From assembly GCF_006345805.1 (NCBI RefSeq), contig NC_043004.1, forward strand, positions 89,776,001 to 89,840,000: a DNA stretch of 64,000 nucleotides, read 5' to 3'. This DNA is from Octopus sinensis. Its lineage: Eukaryota. Positions 52,225 through 64,000 of this stretch are shown here, piece after piece. Below the pieces are notes generated by a model. The model was given only the letters and a program-made list of their open reading frames with translations, did not search any database and had not been told where the DNA came from. A program made the position numbers and the translations under genes. Position 1 is the stretch's first letter. Every line of letters starts with the position of its first letter.

Positions 52225-52260
<36 letters not shown>

Positions 52261-52678
52261 ATATATATATTGAAATGGATAAATGAATTATCTTGTTACA
52301 GATTATTCAAATTATAACCGATACCTGGGTAGCAAAAATCACAACAGAAAAATCACGGTTGAGGTTACGACCATGGGGTATCGCAACCGTGCCTTAGTGC
52401 GGATAATTGAAGTTTTATATATTTAGTGAGGGAAGAAATGGAGCTGAACGAAGATTTTACAAAATTCCTTTTTATTATTTTCTACATATGTTTCAAAGGC
52501 TGCAAATTCCCTAAAGGAATTTTGTAAAATCTTCGTTCAGCTCCATTTCTTCCCTCACTAAATATATATATATATATATATAAATTACCTCATGGTGCGA
52601 TATGAACATTTAACGTGGTACTATAGTCAGTGTTTCGACTGCTATTTCGGCATGTTGGTGTCTTTTAGACACCCTCAT

Positions 52679-52730
<52 letters not shown>

Positions 52731-53957
52731 TACACATGCATATATACACATACATACACACACATATACACGTGCATACATACATACACGTTTTACTTAT
52801 TGGTCCTTATCTTTCTGTTTTCTTTTGTATTTTCCAGACGATACAAGCGCATAAAACCTGAGACTGTCTCCTGTAAAACCTAATACCAGGCTTCATATTT
52901 TGTAATGGTTGCAATAAATGGGCGAAGAAAAGAGAAGTAACCGAATGAAATGCTAAATATTAAAACTGACCAACAGTAGCTTTCACTATTTCAGTTGCAG
53001 ATTTTATTTCAGACTTGAAATGGTCAACGTGGACGCTCTTCAGACTATTCGTGTGATAAATGTAAGATCAATCGTGCAAGAATTGACTTAACCATTCAAC
53101 AAATCTCATATTATATTTATTTAATTGTCTATAAATTTCCTAAGCAAATTCATCATTTTGAATGAATTTTTCGCGATTTTCAAAATAAGCAATTAACCAA
53201 CTTAGAAAATATCATTACTGAAGACGAAAAGATTCCATTTATAATGCAATATTTCCATAATCTTCTATAAAAAATGAAGTACATTGTACATCACAAAAAT
53301 ATATTATGAAAAATAGAGGACTTTATGAAGGCATTCTGTCAAAACCAAAATTTTATGCAGAGCAAAAGAACTTTTCAAGTAAAAGTAATGGTTTCTTTTT
53401 GACAAAACATAAAACTTCTAAGTTGATATGTTGCGTTCATGATTTTCTCAAAGTGGCTAACAGCGTATAGTAACTTAACGTTTATTTTCTCACATACGCA
53501 CAGGGCTACAATCTTCAAAGAAAAGAATAAAGCTAATTGAACCGACCTGCTACGTGACTGGTACGTATCTTACTGAGCCCGGATGGATGAAAGACCTCAG
53601 CAGAATTTGAGCTCAGAATGTAGAGGCTGATTTAAAGTTTGGTCTACTGTTTTTATTCCATCTCATTTCCTTGTAGGAATATTAATGCATATAACATTAA
53701 AAGACAGCAAGCTCTACCATATTGTTCTTACATCTCAAATTGTAACTCTTCCTGATTGTGACGTTTCCATCCTTACAAAGCCTTTGAGAATTTGAGCCAG
53801 CATGTTAAATAAAGATACTTCTTTTAATCCAGCAATGACAATTTACTTAATTATTTTTTTCTCTATCTATAATATATATATATTGATACTTTTTTTTACC
53901 AAATAAATATTTATATAATATCAAGTATCATTCATTCTCAAACATACTTATTCTATA

Positions 53958-54350
53958 TCTTTATATATAAAAGTAAGGTTGTGTGTCTATCTCCTACGAT
54001 TTAGATTCCTAACTACTCCCACATTTTGCGGTGCAGTTTAACCAAACCGGGTATCTTATAGTCGTGATTCATATCGAGCCTTTCTGGGTATTAGCGCGCG
54101 TCTACGATGAGTCTACGATTAAAAAAAAATTTACCATCATTTTTTTCCATTTTAATGCATTTTTTTCGCTATTATATAAGGGAAGTAACTCTCTAAAATG
54201 TCTACGATGAGTCAACGATTAAAAAAAAATTACCATCATTTTTTCTCCATTTTTAATGCATTTTTTACTATTTTTTGGCTATAACTCTCTAAAAATGCTT
54301 ATATAGTTATTTCCCTTACAAACACGAGCAACACCGGGCGATACTGCTAG
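53958..54350 (+). mobile_element. Non-autonomous Helitron, second copy
   Basis: A|TC...CTAG|T termini; near-identical to 12807-13205. Confidence 0.85.
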
Positions 54351-55082
54351 TTTTATTTAAAAAATAACCCGGTGTAAAAATCTGGTGAAATCAAAAGATA
54401 AAATACTATAGATAAACAAAATACTAGTGTTATTAAGGTACACTTTTAATCACAATAGATACTGTCTGAGTTGACAAGGTATTTGTAGCAAATGTTTAAC
54501 TCCCAATGCCCCAGTCTATTTTACTGTAGATATGTGCCTTATATAAACGACAAATGTTTCGTTGGGTTCTCATGGTCATATTCAGTATCTATGTGAAAAT
54601 CAAAAGGTCACTTTCATATCGTAAGACATAGCAGGTGTTTTCCTAATGTGTAATGCACGTATAATCAATAAAATGCATTACTAATAAAACATATATAGCA
54701 CAAACTGACCTGCTATTGGCCATTCTTAAAATTCTATTGTATTCTTTACCGTATGTTATATGTAACTAACGTTATTGTCGAGACTAGAGTTTGAAGTATC
54801 TGTTATTTTTACAAAGTTGTACTAAATATTGTAATGGAAGAATGGAATATGATTAATTAACTAATTAAATTATTAATTCTCACCTCCTTGAAGTTGCAGA
54901 GCTAATAACCGTGATCATAACAAGCTGGTAGATCGATACATCAATACATACATACATACATACATATACATACATATACATACATACATACACATACATA
55001 CAATAACATACATACATACATACATACATACATACATACATACATACATACATACATACATACATACATAATAAATGCATAC

Positions 55083-55321
55083 ATCTTTTATCTTTTACTT
55101 GTTACAGTGTTTAGACTGCGGCCATGCTGGGAACACCGCCTTGAAAAAATTTTAGTCGAATGAATCGGCCCCAGTAATTTTTTAGCATGTTACTGATTCT
55201 ATCGGTGTCTTTGGCGAACCACTAAGTTACGGGGACGTAAATACTTTAACACCGGTTGTCAAGTGGTGTGGTGTGGGACAAACACAGACACAAAGCGTGT
55301 ATATATATATATATATATATA

Positions 55322-55330
<9 letters not shown>
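55083..55330 (-). mobile_element. SINE family A 3' half, diverged
   Basis: CTTTTACTTGTT..GACTGCGGCCATGCTGG..CCGGTTGTCAAG..GACAAACACAGACAC. Confidence 0.75.
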
Positions 55331-55354
<24 letters not shown>

Positions 55355-55375
55355 GGTGTGTGTGTGTGTAAGATA

Positions 55376-55553
55376 ATATGTGACAGATATTTGGTTGCCA
55401 TATTAAAACTCCGAGTTTCAGATGTCGGGGCGGAAATCTACTCCGCCATCTCGTCAGTTTGTCTTAATAAATGACGAGATGCCAGAGCAGATTTCCGCCC
55501 CGACATCCGAAACTCGGAGTTTTATTATGCCAACCGAATAATTGTCACATATT
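55376..55553. mobile_element. Fold-back of PLE pLTR (two inverted hammerhead-like units)
   Basis: Arms of about 85 bp around GTTTGTCTTAATAAA; same family as 56705-56790 and 58485-58560, the latter adjoining a PLE RT. Confidence 0.75.
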
Positions 55554-55627
55554 ATTTTACAGATAAATTCCTTTTATTACATAATATCGAGGGTCTCATT
55601 CATTCTTTTGTTGTCATACTATTACTA

Positions 55628-55669
<42 letters not shown>

Positions 55670-55686
55670 TTGTGTGTGTGTGTGTG

Positions 55687-55728
<42 letters not shown>

Positions 55729-56096
55729 TGTGTGGTGTGTGTGTGTGTTGTATATATATATATATGAATAAATAAATAGAGTTTAATGCAAGCATAAATC
55801 AAATATTTTTACTTTCGACACATGTTTCGAAAATTCCACTGAAACATGTGTCGAAAGTAAAAATATTTGATTTATACCTGCGTTAATCTCCATTTATTTA
55901 TTCATATATTATACAAAAAAATTTCACGTAAACACGAAGTTTCTACCTTTATAAACAAGGAGTTACAACCTCTTTACTTATGAGATTTTTTTGCTACCCT
56001 GGTAACTATTTATTTTTTTTTTTCCGTGTTAAATGTTAACAAGGCAAAAATACACTCATTTATATATATATATATATAATATATATTATGCATGTA

Positions 56097-56128
<32 letters not shown>

Positions 56129-56136
56129 AATATATA

Positions 56137-56169
<33 letters not shown>

Positions 56170-56469
56170 ATCTATATCTATATATATATCTTTATAAAGT
56201 GATGCTTTGTTGCCAACATAATGTGACAGTCCCAGTTGGCTAAGTGACACAAGCGTACTGTGACCTTATGTTAGAAAACATCAAGACACAGTACGCTTGT
56301 GTCACATAGCCAACTGGAAACGGTGTTTCCTGAGCCTAAATAGTAGTAGCATTCTTCCCTTTCCTGTGACTGCCACATTAAGTTGGCAACAAGCTATCAC
56401 TTTATCGTGCTGCTACTGTGTAAGTCTGTCTGAGAGATCTAGAAGTGCAATATATATATATATATATAT

Positions 56470-56690
56470 ATAAAGTTAATCCAAACAAGAAAGCACAAAA
56501 AAACACAACAATGCGAGGACGTGGAACATATTATAGTATTATTGGACGCTCAGGAAAGAAGGAAAGAAGGAGGTTTTAACGTTTTGAGCGGAGCTCTTCG
56601 TCGGAAACATAGGAGAAGGAAAGATCCAGAGAAGGGAAGACAGAGGGGAAAAAAATCGCCAACGGTACACACGCGGTCACATATATATAT
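56470..56690 (-). mobile_element. PLE-like pLTR related to the 45078-45567 family
   Basis: Shares CGCTCAGGAAA and a degenerate core GTTT-CCGACGA-A-GAGC(tcc)GCTC-AAAACGT-T. Confidence 0.55.
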
Positions 56691-57589
56691 ATTTGTAATA
56701 TAATATGTGACGATTATTCGGTTGCCATAATAAAACTCCGAGTTTGGGATGTTGGAGGGGAAACGTGCACCGGCATCTCTTCAGTTATCGAGGAAATTAA
56801 AATAACCCATGAAAATGACCGTTAAATAAGGGAAAAAACCGAAGGGTAGGAAGTAAAAAATAAAGGAGTAAGAAAGCTCACAGCAATCGCGCGTGCGCGC
56901 ATGTACATACATACACATGCGCGCACGCACACCCACATGCATGTTCCTATATGCATATGCTCACTCAGACTCGCATGAAACGCACATGTGCACACCCACA
57001 CATACGCCAAATAGATGCACATATATATGCAACCATGTATGTACAAGTATACAAATCCGCGCGCGCACACACACACACACACACACGCACACGTGCACGT
57101 TACCATACGCACACAGTTATATTCAAATACACGTCTGAAAAACACATGCTATATATGCATATGTTCTCTTACACTCGTGTGAACTCCCACGTATATATGC
57201 AACCATACACATGTGCATATACATTTATACATATATACATATCCGCTCACACGCGCGCGCGCGCACAAAAACATCATATACACATCTATATACGCACATG
57301 CACAAGAAAAATGCAAGGTGGAAGGTAAAATATTGGAAAAAAGTGTAAAAATATATAAAGTAATAAAAATATTGCTTTATAAATATGTAAAAAAAATATG
57401 TAAAAAATGTATAAGAAATATGTATAAAAAGTATTGAGAGATGCTTGTACGTGGACAATATAAAAAGCAAGTGCTGTCTATGATCTTTGGGGGAGGGGAC
57501 CAAAAACGTATCAAATGATTAGTCACATGTGGTATAAAAATCGGCAATATTGAATTGCGTAAACCTCTTATATCTTGTAGAAAACAGCA

Positions 57590-58560
57590 CATATTCACGA
57601 CTCCTATACAACAGCATCATCAATAATTACACGAAAGCTAGGCCACAAATGTATAACGAAATTAATAAAGAAACCAGCATTATCACTGCCAGACTTAAAT
57701 GAGATAAAAAAAAGAAATAGAGGTCCTTCGAAAAAAAAGAGGCCTTTATAACTGTCAAGGACCATAAAAAGAACTTCCTATTTAATCCTAAATGTAGGCT
57801 TATTAACACAGTTAGATCAGAACTTAGTATTATCAGTAAAGAAATTTTAGGAAAAATCAATGCGAAAGTCAGGAATGCTACTAGGTTAGTTCAATGGTCC
57901 AATAGTATAGAAGTTGTTGACTGGTTTAAAGCCATTAAGAATAAGAATAAAGCGAGATTCACACAATTCGATATTGTCGATTTCTATGCTTCTATCACTA
58001 AGGAACTGCTAGATAAAGCCCTCACCTTCCCAAGCGAATTTATAGAAATTAGTACTCAAGATAAGGATATAATCTTCCAAGCTAGAAAAAGCCTTACTCT
58101 TCAGTGAGAACGCAGAATGAATCAAGACTACCGATACACAGGGTGCTTTCGATGTGAGCATGGGGTCATATGATGGAGCAGGTATATGTAATCTCATTGG
58201 ACTGTTCCTACTCGATACGTTGGGCAAGACTTTTCCTGGCGTATATTTCGCCATTTAGAAAGATGATGCCCTAACTTTAACCGCAAATACCAATGGACCA
58301 GCACAAGATCGGTTTAAGAAGGACATTATCCAAATGATGAAAACTTTAGGTCTTAGCATAACTACAGATACCAACCTGACGGTTGTCAATTTCCTAGATA
58401 TATTCTTAGATCTAAATAAGAATATTTATAATCCTTATAGGAAGCCCAACGATAGACTTAATCATATTGATGTGCATTCCTGCCATAACTGAAGAGATGC
58501 CGGTGCACGTTTCCCCTCCAATATCCCAAACTCGGAGTTTTATCATGGCAACCGAATAAA
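57590..58560 (+). mobile_element. Penelope-like element RT fragment followed by a pLTR segment
   Basis: Manual translation: EAFITVKDHKKNF..NPKCRLIN..SELSIISK; FTQFDIVDFYASI..LL.KAL; ARKSL; FDVSMGSYDGAGICNLIGLFLL; KDDAL; VNFLDIFLDL..YNPYRKPND. Confidence 0.92.
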
Positions 58561-58599
58561 CATACATGCGTTTGTGTCTCTCTCTTCTTTATGTTTTCA

Positions 58600-58743
58600 T
58601 ATACGAAATGCTCTCTCCAGGTTTTGTTCAACCCGATGATGTAGTAGAAGGTACATGCCCAAGGTGCCACGTACTGGGGCTAAATCTGGAACCATGTGAT
58701 TGTGAAGCGAGTTTCTTACCACTCACCCACCCACGCTTGCGCC
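58600..58743 (-). mobile_element. SINE family A 5' half, diverged
   Basis: GCCCAAGGTGCCACG..GGAACCATGTG..CTTACCAC..TGCGCC. Confidence 0.65.
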
Positions 58744-59550
58744 TATATATATATATATATATATATATATAACTTGTTAGTAATGCGTGGTTCTTCCAGA
58801 TAGGCTTGTCGGTGATACACTGAATGTTTCATCTCATCTCATGTGGGAAGTTTGCTGTGACTGTATGAAATGAACAATTTGATGTCAGAACAACTTGATG
58901 CGTTCGAGAACAATCTATTAAAACCTCATAGAGTGAAATGAAATACAAAAATATATGGGTTTGGTGTTTGTTTCAATTTAACAAGTGAATTAATTCTGAA
59001 TTCTGAGATTTATTGGGGTTCCTTGTAAAGTTTTAAAAAAGACATTTTAATCTCAGTTACTTAAGCGTGTTCATTTGCGTTATACTACATTCGACATAGA
59101 AAGGTTACTGTAACAGTATGAAGTGAACTACATTTATATTGCCAACTTGATCTCGGCCGCTTTGACCTTAACAATTCCAGCTTGTTATATTTAGTTAGTT
59201 TTTATGATTTTATTTCTTTAATTAAGGGTAACTTCACCTGTTAAGAAAATATGAATAGATCAGCGAGTGGTCTTGTGGTGTGAAAATAACCCATGATGAG
59301 CGTCTACAAGCGGACAGGTAATTAGTGTCAAAATTGGCTTTTTTGTAGTTCGCATACCAAGTCAGTATCAGTCCAGGAAGCAAATAGACAACCAGGCAGA
59401 CTTGCTAATGAATAGTTAATTGTGACATTCCAATAAACAGATACGTGAGAGAAGGAGGGTAAAGTAAAGGAGCGAAGAAAAGAAAGTTAGAGGCCAAAAG
59501 GAAAAGAAGAAAATAAATACAAGTATAAAATAAAACTAAATATATGCTTG

Positions 59551-59597
<47 letters not shown>

Positions 59598-59725
59598 TTT
59601 AAGGCCGATAAAATAAGTGAAAGACAAAGTCGATGGCGGCGGAATTAGAACTTGGAAAGTAAAGACATACAAAATGCCGCTAAGCATTATATCTGGCATG
59701 CCAACGATTGTGCCACCTTGCTGCC

Positions 59726-59771
<46 letters not shown>

Positions 59772-60055
59772 TAATAATAATAATCCTTACACAGCCCTCA
59801 TTCAAGGACCTTTGGAATGGGATGGGCTACTCGACCTGAAGAAAATTCGAACTGGGCCCCATCTGAAAGGTCATGCACTGTTTATCTCGAGATGAGATCA
59901 CATTGTCACGCACATATTGTTGTGATGAATGTACCTGGTGTACCCTAATCAGACGGGTAGTCATGATGGGTATATTTGGCTTCGTATATTTGTACCACAC
60001 TCTCATTTTGATAGCAGGCGCTGCTCTCTCACTCAATAATAATAATAATAATAAT

Positions 60056-61165
60056 AGAGCAGCGTCATTACTTGTATACTCAGCAACTTTTGTAGATTGG
60101 ACAGAATCTAGACAGAAGAACTAAGAAGGAATTTAATATGAATGGAGGACTCCACCCCAAAGCAGTAGTAAGACTATATTTACCAAGAAAGGAAGGTGGA
60201 AGAGGTTTAATATCAGTAGAAGACTGTGTGGAGTTAGCTAGAGCAGATATAGACTCCTATGTAGGTAACAGAGAAGAAAGCTTATTAAAAGCTGCCAGAG
60301 TCACAGCAAGACATAGGGAAACCAAAAACCGAAACAAAGTTTAAAATCAGAAAAGAGAACAGAAATTATCTGATTGGCAGGGGAAGATGTTGCATGGTAG
60401 ATTCCCAAATATAGTTGCAACAAGTAGTAGTAGTGAGACATGTTTATGGTTGCAGAAAGGAAAGCTGAAAAGAGAAAAAAGTTTGTTAGTAGCAGCACAA
60501 GATAAAGCATTAAAGACTAATTGAATAAAACCCAAGATAGACAAAAACCAAGTATATTCCCAATGTAGGCTATGCAAATCAAAAGAGAAAAGCGTTACTC
60601 ATATAGTAACTGAATGTAGCATGCTGGCACAGAAAATATACAAGAAAAGACATGACAATCTAGGGAGAGTAATCCACTGGGATTTATGTAGATACTAAGA
60701 TTTGAACATAGTGATAAATGGTATGAACATGAACCTAATAAAGTACTAGAAATAAGAAATGCAAGATATTGTGGGACTGACGGAGTAATAGAAGCTGGAA
60801 GGTCTGATTTGGTAGTAGTAGATAAAGAGAATAGAAAGTGCCATATAATTGACCTTACGGTCCCAAATGATGAAAAAAAATCAATATGAGAGGTATAGAA
60901 AAAGTACCTGGACCTGGCCATTGAGACGATGGAAAATACGGGTAAAATGCATCTCAGTAGTTATAGGTGCATTGGGAACTATCCCTAAAGATTTGTACAA
61001 TGGATAGAGGAAATAGGCATAAAACCCAGTTTAGTATAGCTCCTGAAAACAATGTTATTAGGGATAGCTAGGATACTTAGAAGTGTTTTTGGTATCTAAG
61101 GTTCCTTATAGCCCGATGTCAGGATTTTTTCTTTTCCAACAGTCTAATTTGTTGTGTGTATATGA

Positions 61166-61168
<3 letters not shown>
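60056..61168 (+). mobile_element. 5'-truncated R4/Dong-clade LINE between (AAT)n tracts
   Basis: GLHPKAVVRLYLPRKEGGRGLISVED (ORF 60138-60344); VAAQDKAL; CRLCKSK; KRHDNLGRVIHWDLC; LLGIARILRSVFGI*; (AAT)n on both sides. Confidence 0.9.
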
Positions 61169-61202
<34 letters not shown>

Positions 61203-61439
61203 TATTATTATTATAATCATAATAATGATAATGATAATAATAGTAGTAATAATAATTTTGAAGAGAAGTGTAAATACTCACAGGATATTGTAGATATTCC
61301 AGTCTTTGAGAGTTATTTTTTCCCCGTTGTTCCACAAGGTCATATTAGTGTTTCTACGACTTTCGGCTACTGAATTGTCAGAGCAGCGAGGAACACGTCC
61401 AGCCGCTGTCAAGGCTGGCGCTCCTCTCTTATTATTATT

Positions 61440-62530
61440 ATTATTATAAATTAAATGAAATTATTTACTCTGTCGCTAAGGTAATCGAAAGACGCTGTTT
61501 AACACCCAAAAAGCCAACAATACCAAATCCGAATAGAAAATCAAACTGGAGGAGTAGAATTGAAACTGAAATTGAATCATTGCGAAGGGGGATATCAATA
61601 TTAACTGAGCTAATCTCTGGAAATGATGGAAGATCAAGAAAAGGCAGGAAGATTGTGAGAAAATATGGACACTCAACAAGAGAAGAACTAATGTCAGCGA
61701 AAGAAACACTTAAACAAAAAGTTCAAGCAAAAGCTCAGAGAATACGCAGATTTGAGAAAAGAATCAAATTCTACAAATAAAATGAGATGTTCAAATCCAA
61801 TGCCAAATCATTTTACAGGGAAATAGGGAAAGAAAAAATAACCATTGAAAATCCACCCCTAATGGAAGAAGTTGAAAACTTTTGGAAGGGGATCTGGAGT
61901 GATGAGAAACCATACAATGAAAATGCAGAGTGGATCAAACCCACCCAAGATGACTACAAAAATCTACAAGAACAGGTATGGGAAGACATCTCAATCGCCG
62001 ACCTAAGGAGGACACTAACGAAGGCTCATAAGTGGAAATCCCCTGGTATTGATAGAGTACCAAATTTCTGGCTCTCACCACTCTCGTCCGCACACAAAAT
62101 GTTAGTAATATTATTTAATAGTATTATGAAAGACCCGGAAAAACTCCCCATTGGATGGCAAATGGTATTACTTACCTCCTCCCCAAAAATAACGAAACGA
62201 AAGACCCCAAAAACTACCGGCCTATAACATGTTTATCTACTACCTATAAGATTTTGACATCTATTCTAGTAGAGAAAACATATACGTTTATGGAAGAGAA
62301 TAACCTCTTTCCCACTGAACAAAAAGGATGCAGACGTGGCTCATACGGATGCAAAGATCAGCTCCTAATTAATCGCATGATCCTTGAGAACTGCCATAAC
62401 AAGCACAGAAATCTCAGCTCTTCATGGATTGATTATAAAACAGCCTTTGACAGCATACCACATTCGTGGATTCTGAAATCACTGGACATTTTCAAAATTT
62501 CTCCTGTGATTACAGATTTTTTAAAGTATA
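61440..62530 (+). mobile_element. R4/Dong-clade LINE internal fragment (pre-RT and RT motifs 1-3)
   Basis: LKQKVQAKAQRIRRF; NWKSPGIDRV-like KWKSPGIDRVPNFWL; KNYRPITCLSTTYK..EQKGCRRGSYGCKDQLLIN..WIDYKTAFDSIPHSWI (ORFs 61580-62622). Confidence 0.93.
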
Positions 62531-62696
62531 TGTCAAAGCATATGAAGAGAACAAGAGCAGATAGATTAATCATTAAATTATATAAGATATACATGCACAA
62601 ACATATACAGACATATATATGATATATACTTACATACGATATATACATACATACATATACATATACATACATACATACATACATACATACATACAT

Positions 62697-62747
<51 letters not shown>

Positions 62748-64000
62748 GTAATGTTTTAAATATACCTTAAATGGTCTTCTTACATGCTGAACACTACTTG
62801 GTAAAATTAATTAATAATTAATTGATTTTACCCTTTTATTATATATATATATACTTACACACTCATATATGTACATATATTCATGTATGCATACATGAGC
62901 ATGTTTGGGTGGGTATAAGTATTATACTTACGATTAATGGTTTTCGTGTCTCGATTTTTAATATGTATATTTTTCTTTCTGAATCCTAAGATTTCTGTTC
63001 TTGCACATATAAACATTTGCATTGAGATGTCTTGGAGTCGCATCTTGAAAACCGCTCCATTTACAAGTTTGAGTGTATGTATGTGTGTGTGTTTGTGAGG
63101 GAATGTGCGCGTGCGCAAGCCTATGTGTTTGTGTTTTTGGGTGTGTATGTGCGTGTAGGTATATAAATATCTATATCTGTGTATATATATGTAGTATGTA
63201 TAAATACACGTTTATATATTAAAGTATATATATATGTATATATATATATCTATCTCTATCCTATCTTTCTCTTAATATATGTATATATGAGTGCGTGTAT
63301 ATGTACGTATAAATGTATGTATGTAAGTATCTATATATGAATATATATATGTATGCCTATGTATATAATATCCTTATCTGTTGACTAACTCTTGCTTGCT
63401 TCGAGCTATTCTCTATTCAAAAGTTTGCAAAAGTTTTTACTTCAATGTTGTGGGCATATTTCCTTACTTTCTCAGTGATTCTTCTCTAATTATTACATTT
63501 TCGGTCAGCGCTAAACAAATTAAAATTTTCTCTATGCACATAGCCAACCCTGTTAATGAGTGCTAAATTCGGCTGTTTCCTTTATCTGCCTTATTTTTGT
63601 CCTGCCAAAACGACCAATAAGTGTCAATGAGAAGAAGCGTAAGCCACCATCGCGTCTTTAATATCCCTAGTTAACGTGCAGAATGTAGAAAGCAGAACGG
63701 CGAATGTAAAAGATTATATATCACAGCTAAAGGCGCATTCTTGATTTTATTATTTGCTTTTCTTTAATATACTTTCGACTTCTTTTGTGCATATTGTCCT
63801 CTCGGTTGCCAACGGTTGGCATAGTGCACGAGTTTACCCGCCAGCTAAACTGTTCTGATGTGGCTAGTTACTCTACAACAACATGTTGTGGAGCTTCTGA
63901 ACTGAAATAAACGGAAATATGCATAGTTAGAAGGAATATTAAAGAATAAAGATAAAATGTTATAGCAGGAACAGAATGACGACAATAGCAATAGCAAAAT

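Noticed and set aside
59785-60032. Moderate-GC segment between (AAT)n tracts, probably a SINE/LINE 3' piece
   Set aside because: Single copy in the window and no diagnostic motif; left unclassified.

Overview
Eukaryotic, AT-rich, repeat-dominated DNA with no confidently identifiable host gene. The tRNA-derived SINE families, the (TATG)n/(AAT)n/(CA)n/(TA)n density and the TE mix suggest an octopus (coleoid cephalopod) intronic or intergenic region; this is inferred from pattern recognition, not from a database search. Contents: (1) at least 8 decayed fragments of R4/Dong-clade (RT + restriction-like endonuclease) LINEs, with several 3' ends seated in (AAT)n arrays; (2) two RTE-clade LINE remnants, one ending in three tandem C2H2 fingers; (3) two Penelope-like (PLE) coding fragments and about 10 short fold-back (palindrome, usually plus a single-copy tail) insertions, several carrying minimal type-I hammerhead-ribozyme-like folds with non-canonical cores; (4) DNA transposon remnants (two hAT, mariner, Tc1, maT-like, a pogo-type MITE), non-autonomous Helitrons, and a young 1935-bp Foldback-like element with ~620-bp modular TIRs and an 8-bp TSD; (5) about 25 SINE copies or fragments from three families. 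Nearly all long ORFs in the supplied track are microsatellite translations or antisense shadows of TE ORFs. The most interesting signals are the hammerhead-bearing fold-back retroelements (including a G3-C8 compensatory core variant), the Foldback element, and a SINE subfamily that repeatedly inserts into related SINE copies at G|GTAYTT.
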